Positions 34,363 through 42,579 of a DNA stretch of 64,000 nt are shown here, one piece after another. The stretch's first letter is position 1, and the number at the start of each line of letters is the position of its first letter. Below the pieces are notes generated by a model. The model made no database searches. It saw only the letters and a list, made by a program, of their open reading frames with translations, and was not told the DNA's origin. The translations under genes and the position numbers were made by a program. Source of the stretch: Gemmatimonadales bacterium (lineage in GTDB: Bacteria > Gemmatimonadota > Gemmatimonadetes > Gemmatimonadales > GWC2-71-9); contig JBHEMG010000185.1 in the NCBI GenBank assembly GCA_046262715.1, positions 2,425-66,424 of the forward strand, written 5' to 3'.

Positions 34363-35252
34363 CCGTCGAACGGCGCGCCCAGGATCAGCTCGAGAAGTCG
34401 AGCGAGGTCGTCATTCGAATAGAAGGACAAATGGATCTGTCCTTTCCCTTTTGCCCGAAGCGTAACCCGGACATCAGTCCCGAGGCGGCGGCGCAGCGCA
34501 TCTTCGACCCTGCGCACCTCGGGGGCGGCACCCATCCCTCGTTTCATGCGCGGTCGACGTTCCGGCGCGCGGCCGCCGCGCACACGGTCCTCAACCTCGC
34601 GCACCGACAACCCCTGTGCGACGGCCTCGCGCGCCAGATTCGTCACGACGCGCGGATCTTCCAACGCAAGCAGCGCGCGTGCGTGACCGACCGACAGCTG
34701 GTTCTCGTGCAGCATGTCGAGCACGGCTTCGGGCAGTTTGAGCAACCGAAGCGCATTCGCGACAGTGGAGCGATCCCGGCCGACGGCGTCGGCGACGTCT
34801 TGCTGCGCCAATTTGAATTCGGCGATCAGCCGCTCGTATCCGCGGGCTTCATCCACGGGGGAAAGATCGTCGCGCTGCAGGTTCTCGATCAGCGCCAGCG
34901 TCAGCAGCGTGCGATCATCCGCGTCGCGCTGCACGGCGGGGATGCGTTCCCAGCCTAGCTGCTGACATGCCCGCAACCGCCGCTCCCCAGCGATCAGCTC
35001 GTAGCCGCTGGTGCCACCGTTGGCCCGCCGCACGACAATCGGTTGGAGCAATCCGGCTTGCTTGATGGAAGAGACGAGCTCTTCCAGGGCGCCGGGGTCA
35101 ACGGTCTTGCGCGGCTGGAAGGGGTTGGGACGAATGTCCTGAATCGGTAGCTCGACCAGACTGCCTTCGCGCTGGGCTTCTTCCCGCGTCGGCCCAAGCA
35201 GGGCTTCGAGCCCTCGGCCGAGGCGACGTCCTCCTGCGGCGGTCTCCGTCAT
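34359..35252 (-). CDS. parB: Chromosome partitioning protein ParB (Spo0J)
   Basis: NPFQPRK, LLQPIVVRR, YELIAGERRLRA and an HTH region. ATGA overlaps are present on both sides. Confidence 0.9.
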   Translation of the reverse strand: MTETAAGGRRLGRGLEALLGPTREEAQREGSLVELPIQDIRPNPFQPRKTVDPGALEELVSSIKQAGLLQPIVVRRANGGTSGYELIAGERRLRACQQLGWERIPAVQRDADDRTLLTLALIENLQRDDLSPVDEARGYERLIAEFKLAQQDVADAVGRDRSTVANALRLLKLPEAVLDMLHENQLSVGHARALLALEDPRVVTNLAREAVAQGLSVREVEDRVRGGRAPERRPRMKRGMGAAPEVRRVEDALRRRLGTDVRVTLRAKGKGQIHLSFYSNDDLARLLELILGAPFDG

Positions 35253-36076
35253 GCGGGCACCTCCGGCGAAGGTTCAATAGCGGGGAGGCCAGGCGAGGGG
35301 GGGGCGCCTTGCTCGACCCGTCGGATCAATTCCTGCGCGACCGCGAGGTAACTCTTCGCGCCGATCGATTGCACGTCGTAGAGCACAATTGGCTTCCCGA
35401 AACTCGGCGCTTCCGCGAGACGCACGTTGCGCGGAATCGTGACGTTGAACATGCGACCGCCGAAATACTCTTTGGCTTCTTCGGCCACCTGCTTGCAGAG
35501 ATTGAGGCGCGCGTCGTACATCGTCAGCAGCACGCCCTCGATCGCGAGCGCCGGATTGAAATTGCGCTGCACGAGCTTGACGGTATTGAGAAGCTGCGAC
35601 AGCCCTTCGAGCGCGTAGCACTCGCACTGAATCGGGATGATCACACTGTCGGCTGCGGTCAGCATGTTGAGCGTGAGCAGCCCGAGCGAGGGCGGGCAGT
35701 CGATAATGACGTAGGTGTACTCTTCGCGAATTGCCCGCAGCGCATCGCGCATGCGCGTCTCGCGCGAGCGCTGGCTCACGAGCTCCAGCTCCGCGCCGAC
35801 CAGATCCTGCGTGGCAGGTATAACGTCGAGATAAGGAAAGTGTACGTGCGGAAAACGTGCCTGGGTGAGCGCGGAACCCTCGATTATCGCGTCGTAGAGC
35901 GAATGTCGAATACGGTCGCGCTCGATCCCGACGCCGCTGGTGGAATTTCCCTGCGGATCGGCATCGATGAGCAAGGTCTTTCGCTCGGCGGTCGCGAGAG
36001 ACGCGGCGAGGTTGACGGCGGTCGTCGTTTTGCCGACGCCGCCCTTTTGGTTTGCGATCGCGATTACGCGCGACAT
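35249..36076 (-). CDS. parA: Chromosome partitioning ATPase ParA (Soj)
   Basis: Deviant Walker A IAIANQKGGVGKTTTAVNLA, and YVIIDCPPSLG. Confidence 0.95.
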   Translation of the reverse strand: MSRVIAIANQKGGVGKTTTAVNLAASLATAERKTLLIDADPQGNSTSGVGIERDRIRHSLYDAIIEGSALTQARFPHVHFPYLDVIPATQDLVGAELELVSQRSRETRMRDALRAIREEYTYVIIDCPPSLGLLTLNMLTAADSVIIPIQCECYALEGLSQLLNTVKLVQRNFNPALAIEGVLLTMYDARLNLCKQVAEEAKEYFGGRMFNVTIPRNVRLAEAPSFGKPIVLYDVQSIGAKSYLAVAQELIRRVEQGAPPSPGLPAIEPSPEVPA

Positions 36077-36101
36077 TGTAACATGTTGTTGGACAAGAGG
36101 T

Positions 36102-36131
36102 TATCTAGCTCGCATTTTCGTGTGGGTCCAA
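36102..36131 (-). promoter_or_regulatory. Candidate sigma-70-type promoter of parA
   Basis: The minus strand reads TTGGAC - 18 nt - TAGATA, and parS-1 lies immediately upstream. This is pattern-based only. Confidence 0.3.
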
Positions 36132-36139
36132 TATAAGGT

Positions 36140-36155
36140 CGTTTCACGTGAAACG
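36140..36155. promoter_or_regulatory. parS centromere site 1
   Basis: cGTTTCACGTGAAACg has a perfect palindromic core matching the TGTTNCACGTGAAACA consensus. Confidence 0.85.
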
Positions 36156-36165
36156 AAAGTGCCTA

Positions 36166-36181
36166 AGTTTCACGTGAAACT
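36166..36181. promoter_or_regulatory. parS centromere site 2
   Basis: aGTTTCACGTGAAACt has the same 14-bp core, 26 bp from site 1. Confidence 0.85.
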
Positions 36182-36193
36182 GCAATCAGGGGT

Positions 36194-38059
36194 TCAGGCG
36201 ACCCGGCGACGCCAGCGAGTCGCCTCGAAAACGAGGTTGTGGAGGTCACTCGGGGAGACGCCGGGGACGCGAGCCGCTTGGGCCAGCGAAGCCGGTCGCA
36301 CACGATCGAGTTTCTGCCGCGCCTCCGTTGCCAGCGTCCGCAGCTCGAGGTAGGGGAGATCCGGGGGCAGCACGAACGACGCGAGCTCCGCGAGCCGCGC
36401 AGCCGCCTCACGCTCGCGCGCCAAATACCCGTCGTACTTGATCTCGATCTCCGCCGCCATGACGGCTTCGGCAGATGGCGGTACCAGCCCAGCTGCCGCG
36501 AATAGCGCCGACAACGACACGCCGGGCCGCTTTGCTACGACGGCAATCCGCTCGCTCTCGGTCAGCGATGTCCCGCTTGCTCGCAAAGCACCTGCTGCCC
36601 GCGCGGGCGTGATGGTCGTCGCGCGGGCGAGCTGCAAAACCGAGATTTCGTCGTCCAAGCGGCGCTCCGCTGCGCGCAGCTCGACGTCAGTAAGCAGCCC
36701 CAACCGCTCGGCCAGTGGCACTAAACGACGTAGCGCGTTGTCCTGGCGGAGCAGCAGCCGGAACTCGGAGCGGGACGTAAAGAGCCGGTATGGTTCGTCC
36801 ACTCCGCGCGTCACCAGGTCATCCACCAACACCCCGATATACGCGTCGTCACGGCCGAGGACGACGGGCTCGGCGCCTCGGATCCGCCGCACCGCGTTGA
36901 TCCCGGCGACCGCGCCTTGTCCCGCCGCTTCCTCATAACCGGTCGTGCCGTTGATTTGCCCCGCAAAGAACAGATGCTCGACCGTCTTCACCTCGAGCCA
37001 AGGCGTGAGCTGCGTCGGCGGATAGTAGTCGTACTCGATCGCGTACCCGGGGCGTGTCATCTTCGCGTTCTCGAGACCCGGGACCGCCCTGAGGAACTCG
37101 AGTTGTACCGCTACGGGCAGGGAAGTCGAAAGGCCGTTCACGTAGAGCTCGGCTGTGTCGAGACCCTCAGGCTCGAGAAAAACCTGGTGCCGCTTTGCAT
37201 CGGGAAACTTCACGATCTTGTCCTCCACGGACGGGCAGTAGCGCGGTCCGCGACCGCTGATGGCACCGCCGTAGAGCGCCGACTCTTGCAGATGCGTCTG
37301 AATGATCTGCTTGACCGCTTCGCCAGCCCACGTAATCCAGCACGGCAATTGCCGCGGCCGCTCAAGGCGCTCGTGGAAAGAGAAGCGGAAGTCATCGCTG
37401 TCGCCGTCCTGCCGGTCAACCTTGCTCCAATTCACTGACCGACCGTCGATGCGTGGCGGCGTACCGGTCTTGAAGCGTGATACCGTAAGTCCAAGATTTT
37501 CAATGACTTGCGCCATCTGTACGGATGGTGCTTCACCAGCCCGGCCTGCGGGAATCTGTGTGTCGGTACCGAGGTGGATGCGGCCGCGGAGGAATGTGCC
37601 GGCGGTGATGATGACCGCGCGCGCGGTGAGCCGGCGACCATCGGCGGTTTCGACGCCGGCGATACGTGTGCCGCCGTTGGCAAAGTGCAGATTTGTGACC
37701 ATCCCTTGCATCAGCTCGAGGGAAGTGAATTGCTCGAGCAGCGCACGCACCGCGCGCTTGTAGAGCACCCGATCACACTGCGCGCGCGGGGCCCAGACCG
37801 CGGGACCCTTTGAGCGATTGAGCATCCGGAACTGAATGGTGGCGCGATCGGCGGCCCGGCCCATGATGCCTCCGAGGGCATCGACTTCGCGAACGACGGT
37901 CCCCTTCGCAATGCCGCCGATCGCGGGATTGCACGACATCTGTCCGATGGTTTCGAGGTTGGAGGTAAGCAGCAACGTCATGGCTCCGAGACGCGCCGTC
38001 ATAGCGGCGGCCTCGGTGCCGGCGTGACCTCCACCGATAACTATGACGTCATAGTCCAC
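36194..38059 (-). CDS. mnmG: tRNA uridine-5-carboxymethylaminomethyl(34) synthesis enzyme MnmG (GidA)
   Basis: DYDVIVIGGGHAGTEAA, NPAIGGIAKG, GPRYCPSVEDK, FFAGQINGTTGYEEAA. GTG start. Confidence 0.95.
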   Translation of the reverse strand: MDYDVIVIGGGHAGTEAAAMTARLGAMTLLLTSNLETIGQMSCNPAIGGIAKGTVVREVDALGGIMGRAADRATIQFRMLNRSKGPAVWAPRAQCDRVLYKRAVRALLEQFTSLELMQGMVTNLHFANGGTRIAGVETADGRRLTARAVIITAGTFLRGRIHLGTDTQIPAGRAGEAPSVQMAQVIENLGLTVSRFKTGTPPRIDGRSVNWSKVDRQDGDSDDFRFSFHERLERPRQLPCWITWAGEAVKQIIQTHLQESALYGGAISGRGPRYCPSVEDKIVKFPDAKRHQVFLEPEGLDTAELYVNGLSTSLPVAVQLEFLRAVPGLENAKMTRPGYAIEYDYYPPTQLTPWLEVKTVEHLFFAGQINGTTGYEEAAGQGAVAGINAVRRIRGAEPVVLGRDDAYIGVLVDDLVTRGVDEPYRLFTSRSEFRLLLRQDNALRRLVPLAERLGLLTDVELRAAERRLDDEISVLQLARATTITPARAAGALRASGTSLTESERIAVVAKRPGVSLSALFAAAGLVPPSAEAVMAAEIEIKYDGYLAREREAAARLAELASFVLPPDLPYLELRTLATEARQKLDRVRPASLAQAARVPGVSPSDLHNLVFEATRWRRRVA

Positions 38060-38127
38060 AGCCGAAGTATATCGGGCCGGGCAACGAAACGTCGAGGGAG
38101 ACGGCCAGTTGCCGAGACGCGGAGGGG

Positions 38128-38514
38128 CTATGAGGCGCGAGGTAGGGGGGTGCGTGTTGCCGCGTCACTGATCTTTCGCAGCAGACCGTAAAGCGTCCGG
38201 CCTGTTTCATTGACCAAGGCTTCTAGGCGGCCGAAATCAGCAGGCGTGATGTAATCAAGTTCTCGCGCTATCTCGATTATCGTCTCGACCTCGGCGAGTG
38301 AGCCTCGAGCGGTATCCAGAAAACGTCTGTATTCTCGCGAGCCTTTTCGTGTATTGCCGTCGGCGATATTGAGCGGGACGCTGTAACATGCTCGTCTGAG
38401 CTGATCAGCCAGCGCTCCCTGCTCGTAATCCGGAAAGCCCCGTGACATCCGCACGCATTCGATCGCGAGTCTTTGTGCATGCTGCCAGGCTTTCAGAGTC
38501 TTGTAGTGGGCCAT
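38128..38514 (-). CDS. Four-helix-bundle protein (23S rRNA intervening-sequence protein / TIGR02436 family)
   Basis: ORF 38128..38550, with the conserved start MAHYKTLKAWQHAQRLAIEC...QLRRACYSVPLNIADG...GSLAEVETIIEIAREL. GC content is visibly lower than in the flanks. Confidence 0.8.
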   Translation of the reverse strand: MAHYKTLKAWQHAQRLAIECVRMSRGFPDYEQGALADQLRRACYSVPLNIADGNTRKGSREYRRFLDTARGSLAEVETIIEIARELDYITPADFGRLEALVNETGRTLYGLLRKISDAATRTPLPRAS

Positions 38515-38537
38515 GACACACAATGAGCCACAAAGCA

Positions 38538-38574
38538 AAAGGCACAGCATCCGATTCCCGCATGCCGTGCCTTT
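38538..38574 (-). terminator. Intrinsic terminator downstream of the ABC permease
   Basis: The minus strand reads AAAGGCACGGCAT gcgggaatcgg ATGCTGTGCCTTT followed by TGCTTTG. That is a 13-bp stem with one mismatch, an 11-nt loop and a T-rich tail. Confidence 0.55.
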
Positions 38575-38633
38575 CTACTGCCTCATTCCTCATAACCGCT
38601 CAGCCTCTTGGCCTCGGGGCGTCTTTGTTGGCT

Positions 38634-39893
38634 TTAGGCTCGGACCCACCGTACGAGTTCTTTCATACTGGGTCGCTTGCCCGTCATGAGTATTCCCACG
38701 CGATAAATCCTTGCCGCAACCCACGTCACTCCCACAATTGCGAGTCCCAGCATTGCCAGCGATGCCGTCAATTCCCCCGTTCCCATGCTTCCAGCAGTCC
38801 ACCGGACCGGCGTCGCGATCGGGGAAGTGAAGGGGATGAGCGAGAGCGTCTTCGCGAAGGTGGAGCTCGGATCGTTGGTCAACCCAATAATCGAGAAGTA
38901 GGAGATCATCAACAGATACGTCACCGGCTGCTGCGCCTGGCGGGCTTCCTGCTCGTTGCTCGACATGGCGCCGACTGCGGCGAACATGGCGGAATAGAGA
39001 AGAAAGCCGCCCAGGAAAAACGCCATGAATACCGCGACCGTGGCGAATGGGATGTGCGGAAGCTGGATTCCCTGCGCCGCGGCGGGATCGGCGCCGAGCG
39101 CTCGCGCGATCGGAACCCGCAGGGCGATGAGCAGGCGCGCGGATACGCCCCAGATGACGAACTGAAAGAACGAGACCGCGCCAGCGCCAAGGACCTTGCC
39201 GAGCATCAATTGGAACGGCCGCAACGATGAGACAAGCACCTCGACAATCCGCGTCGTTTTCTCCTCCAGCACCGAGCTCATCACGTTCACGCCATAGAGG
39301 AGAATGGCCATGAACAAGAGAATGGCCATGACGTACGCCAGCGCGAAGGACTGACCGGCACTCTCGGCGGTCGTGCGGCCGCGCGCGATTTTTTTCTGAT
39401 CCAGCGTGACCCGCAGATTCTGCGCCCAATCGACCACGGCCGGATTCACGCCTTTCCCCTCGAGTCGCACCTTTACGACGAGGCGGTTCAACGCGCGCTG
39501 CAGATCCTCGATCGTCTGGAGCGACAGGTTGGACGCCCGATACTCGGCCCTGCCGGTTTCGGGCAGCTCGTTTGAAACCATCAGGAATCCATTGAGCTCT
39601 TTGAGCTCCACCAGGTGTGTGAGCGAGTCCACGACGTTGGGGCCGGCGGGGACCCGGCTGGCCCGAATCAGCTTGCTCGTTTCCAAGGCTTCGACGACCT
39701 GCGCGCCAAAGTCGGACGTGGTGCTGTCCACGACGGCAATGTGGCGCACCGCGCCGCCCAGCGACTGCATGATCTGGAAAACGATGACGCCGGAGAACAA
39801 TACCGGTCCCAAAATGGCTGATACCCAAAACCATTTGGTCCGCACGCGCTCGACGAATTCCCGCCGAATCACCGCCCACACTTTATGCACCAC
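38634..39893 (-). CDS. ABC-2 type transporter permease (NatB-like)
   Basis: An N-terminal TM, a large extracytoplasmic loop, then five or six C-terminal TMs. It overlaps the upstream ATPase gene by 11 nt. Confidence 0.8.
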   Translation of the reverse strand: MVHKVWAVIRREFVERVRTKWFWVSAILGPVLFSGVIVFQIMQSLGGAVRHIAVVDSTTSDFGAQVVEALETSKLIRASRVPAGPNVVDSLTHLVELKELNGFLMVSNELPETGRAEYRASNLSLQTIEDLQRALNRLVVKVRLEGKGVNPAVVDWAQNLRVTLDQKKIARGRTTAESAGQSFALAYVMAILLFMAILLYGVNVMSSVLEEKTTRIVEVLVSSLRPFQLMLGKVLGAGAVSFFQFVIWGVSARLLIALRVPIARALGADPAAAQGIQLPHIPFATVAVFMAFFLGGFLLYSAMFAAVGAMSSNEQEARQAQQPVTYLLMISYFSIIGLTNDPSSTFAKTLSLIPFTSPIATPVRWTAGSMGTGELTASLAMLGLAIVGVTWVAARIYRVGILMTGKRPSMKELVRWVRA

Positions 39894-40848
39894 TGCCTCC
39901 GTCTTGGCTGCCCGTCGCCGCCGCGGTCGCGGCTGCAGGACCGACCAGATCGACGAAAATCGTGTGCAGCGACGGACTCGCGAGCTCGAAGCGCGCCAGC
40001 CGGGCGCCGGAATTCACGAGGCCCTTGAGGATCTCCTGCGCGTCCGCGTTCGGCGCGAGCTCCAGCTCCGCCTGCTGGCCAAAGTCCTGGATCTTCGCGA
40101 CGAGCCGGCGGTCGGCGAAAATCTGCTGCGCGTCACCCTGATTGCCGTCGAAGGCGACGATCAGATGCTTGCCGCCATGCCGCTGCTTCACCTCGCTGAG
40201 CGTGCCATCCACCAACTTCTTGCCACGCGCGATGATGCATAGCCGATCACACAGCTTCTCGGCGTGCTCCATGATGTGCGTGGAAAAAAGGACGGTCTTG
40301 CCGCGCCGGCGGTAGTCGACAACGGTGTCGCGCAGCACCTGAGAATTGACCGGATCGAGTCCCGAGAACGGCTCATCGAGGATTACCAGCTCGGGATCGT
40401 GCAGGATCGTGGAGATGAACTGCACCTTCTGCTGCATGCCCTTGGAAAGATCGGACACCTTTCGCATGCGCCAATCGGCCAGGCCCAAGCGGTCCAGCCA
40501 TTCGATGGCTTTGGCCCGCGCCGCCCGTCGCGACACGCCTTTCGCCTCAGCGAGGAATACGAGCACGTCGAGCACACGCATGCGCGGATAGAGCCCGCGC
40601 TCTTCCGGCAGGTAGCCGATGCGCGAGGAGTGGGTGCGACCGCCGCCGAGATCGTTGAACAGCCGGACCGAGCCCTCATCCGGCTCGTAGATGTCCATGA
40701 TCATTCGCAAGGTGGTGGTCTTGCCGGCTCCGTTCGGGCCGAGAAGTCCGTAGATCGTGCCGGAGGGAACGCTCAATGACAGAGCATCGACCGCGGTATG
40801 GCCAGCGAATTTCTTGACGACGCGATCGACAACGACCGGTTCTGACAT
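39883..40848 (-). CDS. ABC transporter ATP-binding protein (NatA-like)
   Basis: ORF 39883..40923. Conserved from MSEPVVVDRVVKKF. Walker A GPNGAGKTT, signature LSKGMQQK, Walker B LVILDEP. Confidence 0.9.
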   Translation of the reverse strand: MSEPVVVDRVVKKFAGHTAVDALSLSVPSGTIYGLLGPNGAGKTTTLRMIMDIYEPDEGSVRLFNDLGGGRTHSSRIGYLPEERGLYPRMRVLDVLVFLAEAKGVSRRAARAKAIEWLDRLGLADWRMRKVSDLSKGMQQKVQFISTILHDPELVILDEPFSGLDPVNSQVLRDTVVDYRRRGKTVLFSTHIMEHAEKLCDRLCIIARGKKLVDGTLSEVKQRHGGKHLIVAFDGNQGDAQQIFADRRLVAKIQDFGQQAELELAPNADAQEILKGLVNSGARLARFELASPSLHTIFVDLVGPAAATAAATGSQDGGSGA

Positions 40849-40861
40849 GCCGCAAGCTAAA

Positions 40862-40896
40862 GGGGACGGGGGAGGGGGGAAGGGGAGGGGGGAAGG
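40862..40896 (+). other. G-run tract with G-quadruplex potential on the plus strand (polypyrimidine on the mRNA-sense strand)
   Basis: GGGGacGGGGGaGGGGGGaaGGGGaGGGGGGaaGG. There are five runs of 4-6 G separated by loops of 1-2 nt, lying between the sufS stop (40898) and the ABC ATPase ATG (40848). Confidence 0.85.
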
Positions 40897-40897
40897 C

Positions 40898-42208
40898 TTA
40901 GGCCGGAACGCCGAAAAGCGCACCCGCTTTCCGGACCGCGGCGACTAACGCGTCGACGTCGTCCACGTCGTTGTAGATGTAAAAGGAAGCGCGCGCCGTT
41001 GCCGCCACACCGAGACGCCGCATGAGCGGTTGGGTGCAGTGATGGCCGGCGCGAATGCAGACGCCGTCGCGGTCGAGAATCGTTGCAAGGTCGTGCGGAT
41101 GGATATCGCCATAGGTGAACGGCACCACACCGGCCCGATGATCGCGCGGCCCGTAGACCGTCACACCGTCGATTTCGCCCAGCCGTTCGATCGCAATACG
41201 CGCGAGATCCCGCTCGTGCTCGGAGACCTGTTCCATCCCGAGCTGCTCCAGATAGGCGATCGCGGCTCCCAAACCGACGGCGGCCTCGACGTTGGGCGTC
41301 CCGCCCTCGAACTTGTGCGGAATCTTGTTCCAGCTGGAGCGGTCGTCCCACACGCGCTCGATCATTTCACCGCCGCCATGGTAGGGTGGCATCTCCTCCA
41401 AGAGCGCCGGTTTGGCGACGAGCGCTCCGCTCCCCATGGGCGCGAGCATCTTGTGGCCGGAGAGGGCGTAGAAGTCGCAGTCGAGCGCCTGAACGTCGAC
41501 CCGCAGATGGGGGCTCGACTGGGCCCCGTCCACCATCGTGACCGCCCCCGCCGCGTGGGCCAGCTTGCAGAGCTGCCCCACCGGGTTCACGGTCCCAAGG
41601 GAGTTCGAGACATAAGGAAAGGCAACGAGCTTGGGCAGCAATTCGAGCGCGCGGCCGAAGTCCGACAGGTCGATCCGTCCGTCGGCCGTGATCTCGACCA
41701 TCCGGAGGCTGGCGCCCTTTTCCTGACAGAGGATCTGCCATGGCACGATGTTGGAATGGTGATCCATGGCCGTTACTACCACGGTATCGCCGCGGCTCAC
41801 GTTGGCGCGGCCCCAGGACGAGGCGACGAGGTTGATCGCCTCGGTCGTGCCGCGCGTGAACACCACGCCTTCCCGCGCCCAGGCATTCACGAACCGGGCG
41901 ACGGCGGTTCGCCCCGCTTCATACGCCTCCGTTGCCTCCACCGCCAGCGCGTACGCGCCGCGGTGGACGTTCGCGTTGTGAAAGCTGTAGTAGTGGACGA
42001 GAGCCTCGATCACTTTTCGCGGCTTCTGGCTGGTTGCGGCGTTGTCGAGGTACACAAGCCGCTGCCCGTTCTCTTTTTGCGAGAGAATCGGGAAGTCAGG
42101 CCGTATGCGGCTGGTGTCGATCAGAAATCCCGCGCGGACTCGGTCGTGACCGGCTCGGCGCTCTTTTGCAGCGCCGCGTGCAAGGCATGCCACGCGAGGC
42201 TCGCGCAC
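40898..42208 (-). CDS. sufS: Cysteine desulfurase SufS
   Basis: RPDFPILSQ...VYLDNAATSQKP, SGHKMLAPMGSG, RAGHHCTQPLM. The listed ATG 42208 would overlap sufU by 88 nt; a CTG overlapping the sufU stop is an alternative (see findings). Confidence 0.9.
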   Translation of the reverse strand: MREPRVACLARGAAKERRAGHDRVRAGFLIDTSRIRPDFPILSQKENGQRLVYLDNAATSQKPRKVIEALVHYYSFHNANVHRGAYALAVEATEAYEAGRTAVARFVNAWAREGVVFTRGTTEAINLVASSWGRANVSRGDTVVVTAMDHHSNIVPWQILCQEKGASLRMVEITADGRIDLSDFGRALELLPKLVAFPYVSNSLGTVNPVGQLCKLAHAAGAVTMVDGAQSSPHLRVDVQALDCDFYALSGHKMLAPMGSGALVAKPALLEEMPPYHGGGEMIERVWDDRSSWNKIPHKFEGGTPNVEAAVGLGAAIAYLEQLGMEQVSEHERDLARIAIERLGEIDGVTVYGPRDHRAGVVPFTYGDIHPHDLATILDRDGVCIRAGHHCTQPLMRRLGVAATARASFYIYNDVDDVDALVAAVRKAGALFGVPA

Positions 42209-42579
42209 TTGATGCGGCTCGGGAATGCACGCACACCGGAAAACGCCACGAGCTTGCCGGGCGCACTTGCGCCGCCCGCGAGCATTTCACGAAAGGCCTG
42301 GAACATTCCCTCGGCGTCGGCGACGGGCTTTCCTTTGACGGCGTCGGTCATTAGCGACGCGGACGCCTTGGAGATGGCGCAGCCTGCGCCCTGCGGCATC
42401 TGAAATCCGATGTCGCTGATCTTGTCGTCGTCGACCTGCACGTAGAGCTGAATGCGATCACCGCACAGCGGATTATTCCCCTCGGCTCGATGACTCGCTG
42501 TCTCCATCCGTTTGAAATTCCGCGGATTGCGATTGTGGTCGAGAATGACCTGCTGATAGAGATCCCCGAGATCGGTCAC
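42121..42579 (-). CDS. sufU: SUF system NifU-family Fe-S scaffold SufU
   Basis: LYQQVILDHNRNPRNF, NPLCGD, GAGCAISKASAS, RIKCASLAW. Confidence 0.85.
   Translation of the reverse strand: MTDLGDLYQQVILDHNRNPRNFKRMETASHRAEGNNPLCGDRIQLYVQVDDDKISDIGFQMPQGAGCAISKASASLMTDAVKGKPVADAEGMFQAFREMLAGGASAPGKLVAFSGVRAFPSRIKCASLAWHALHAALQKSAEPVTTESARDF

Noticed and set aside
38128-38514. A diversity-generating retroelement, considered because the four-helix-bundle protein resembles Avd.
   Set aside because: There is no reverse transcriptase gene and no template/variable repeat pair anywhere nearby. The neighbours are an ABC transporter and mnmG.
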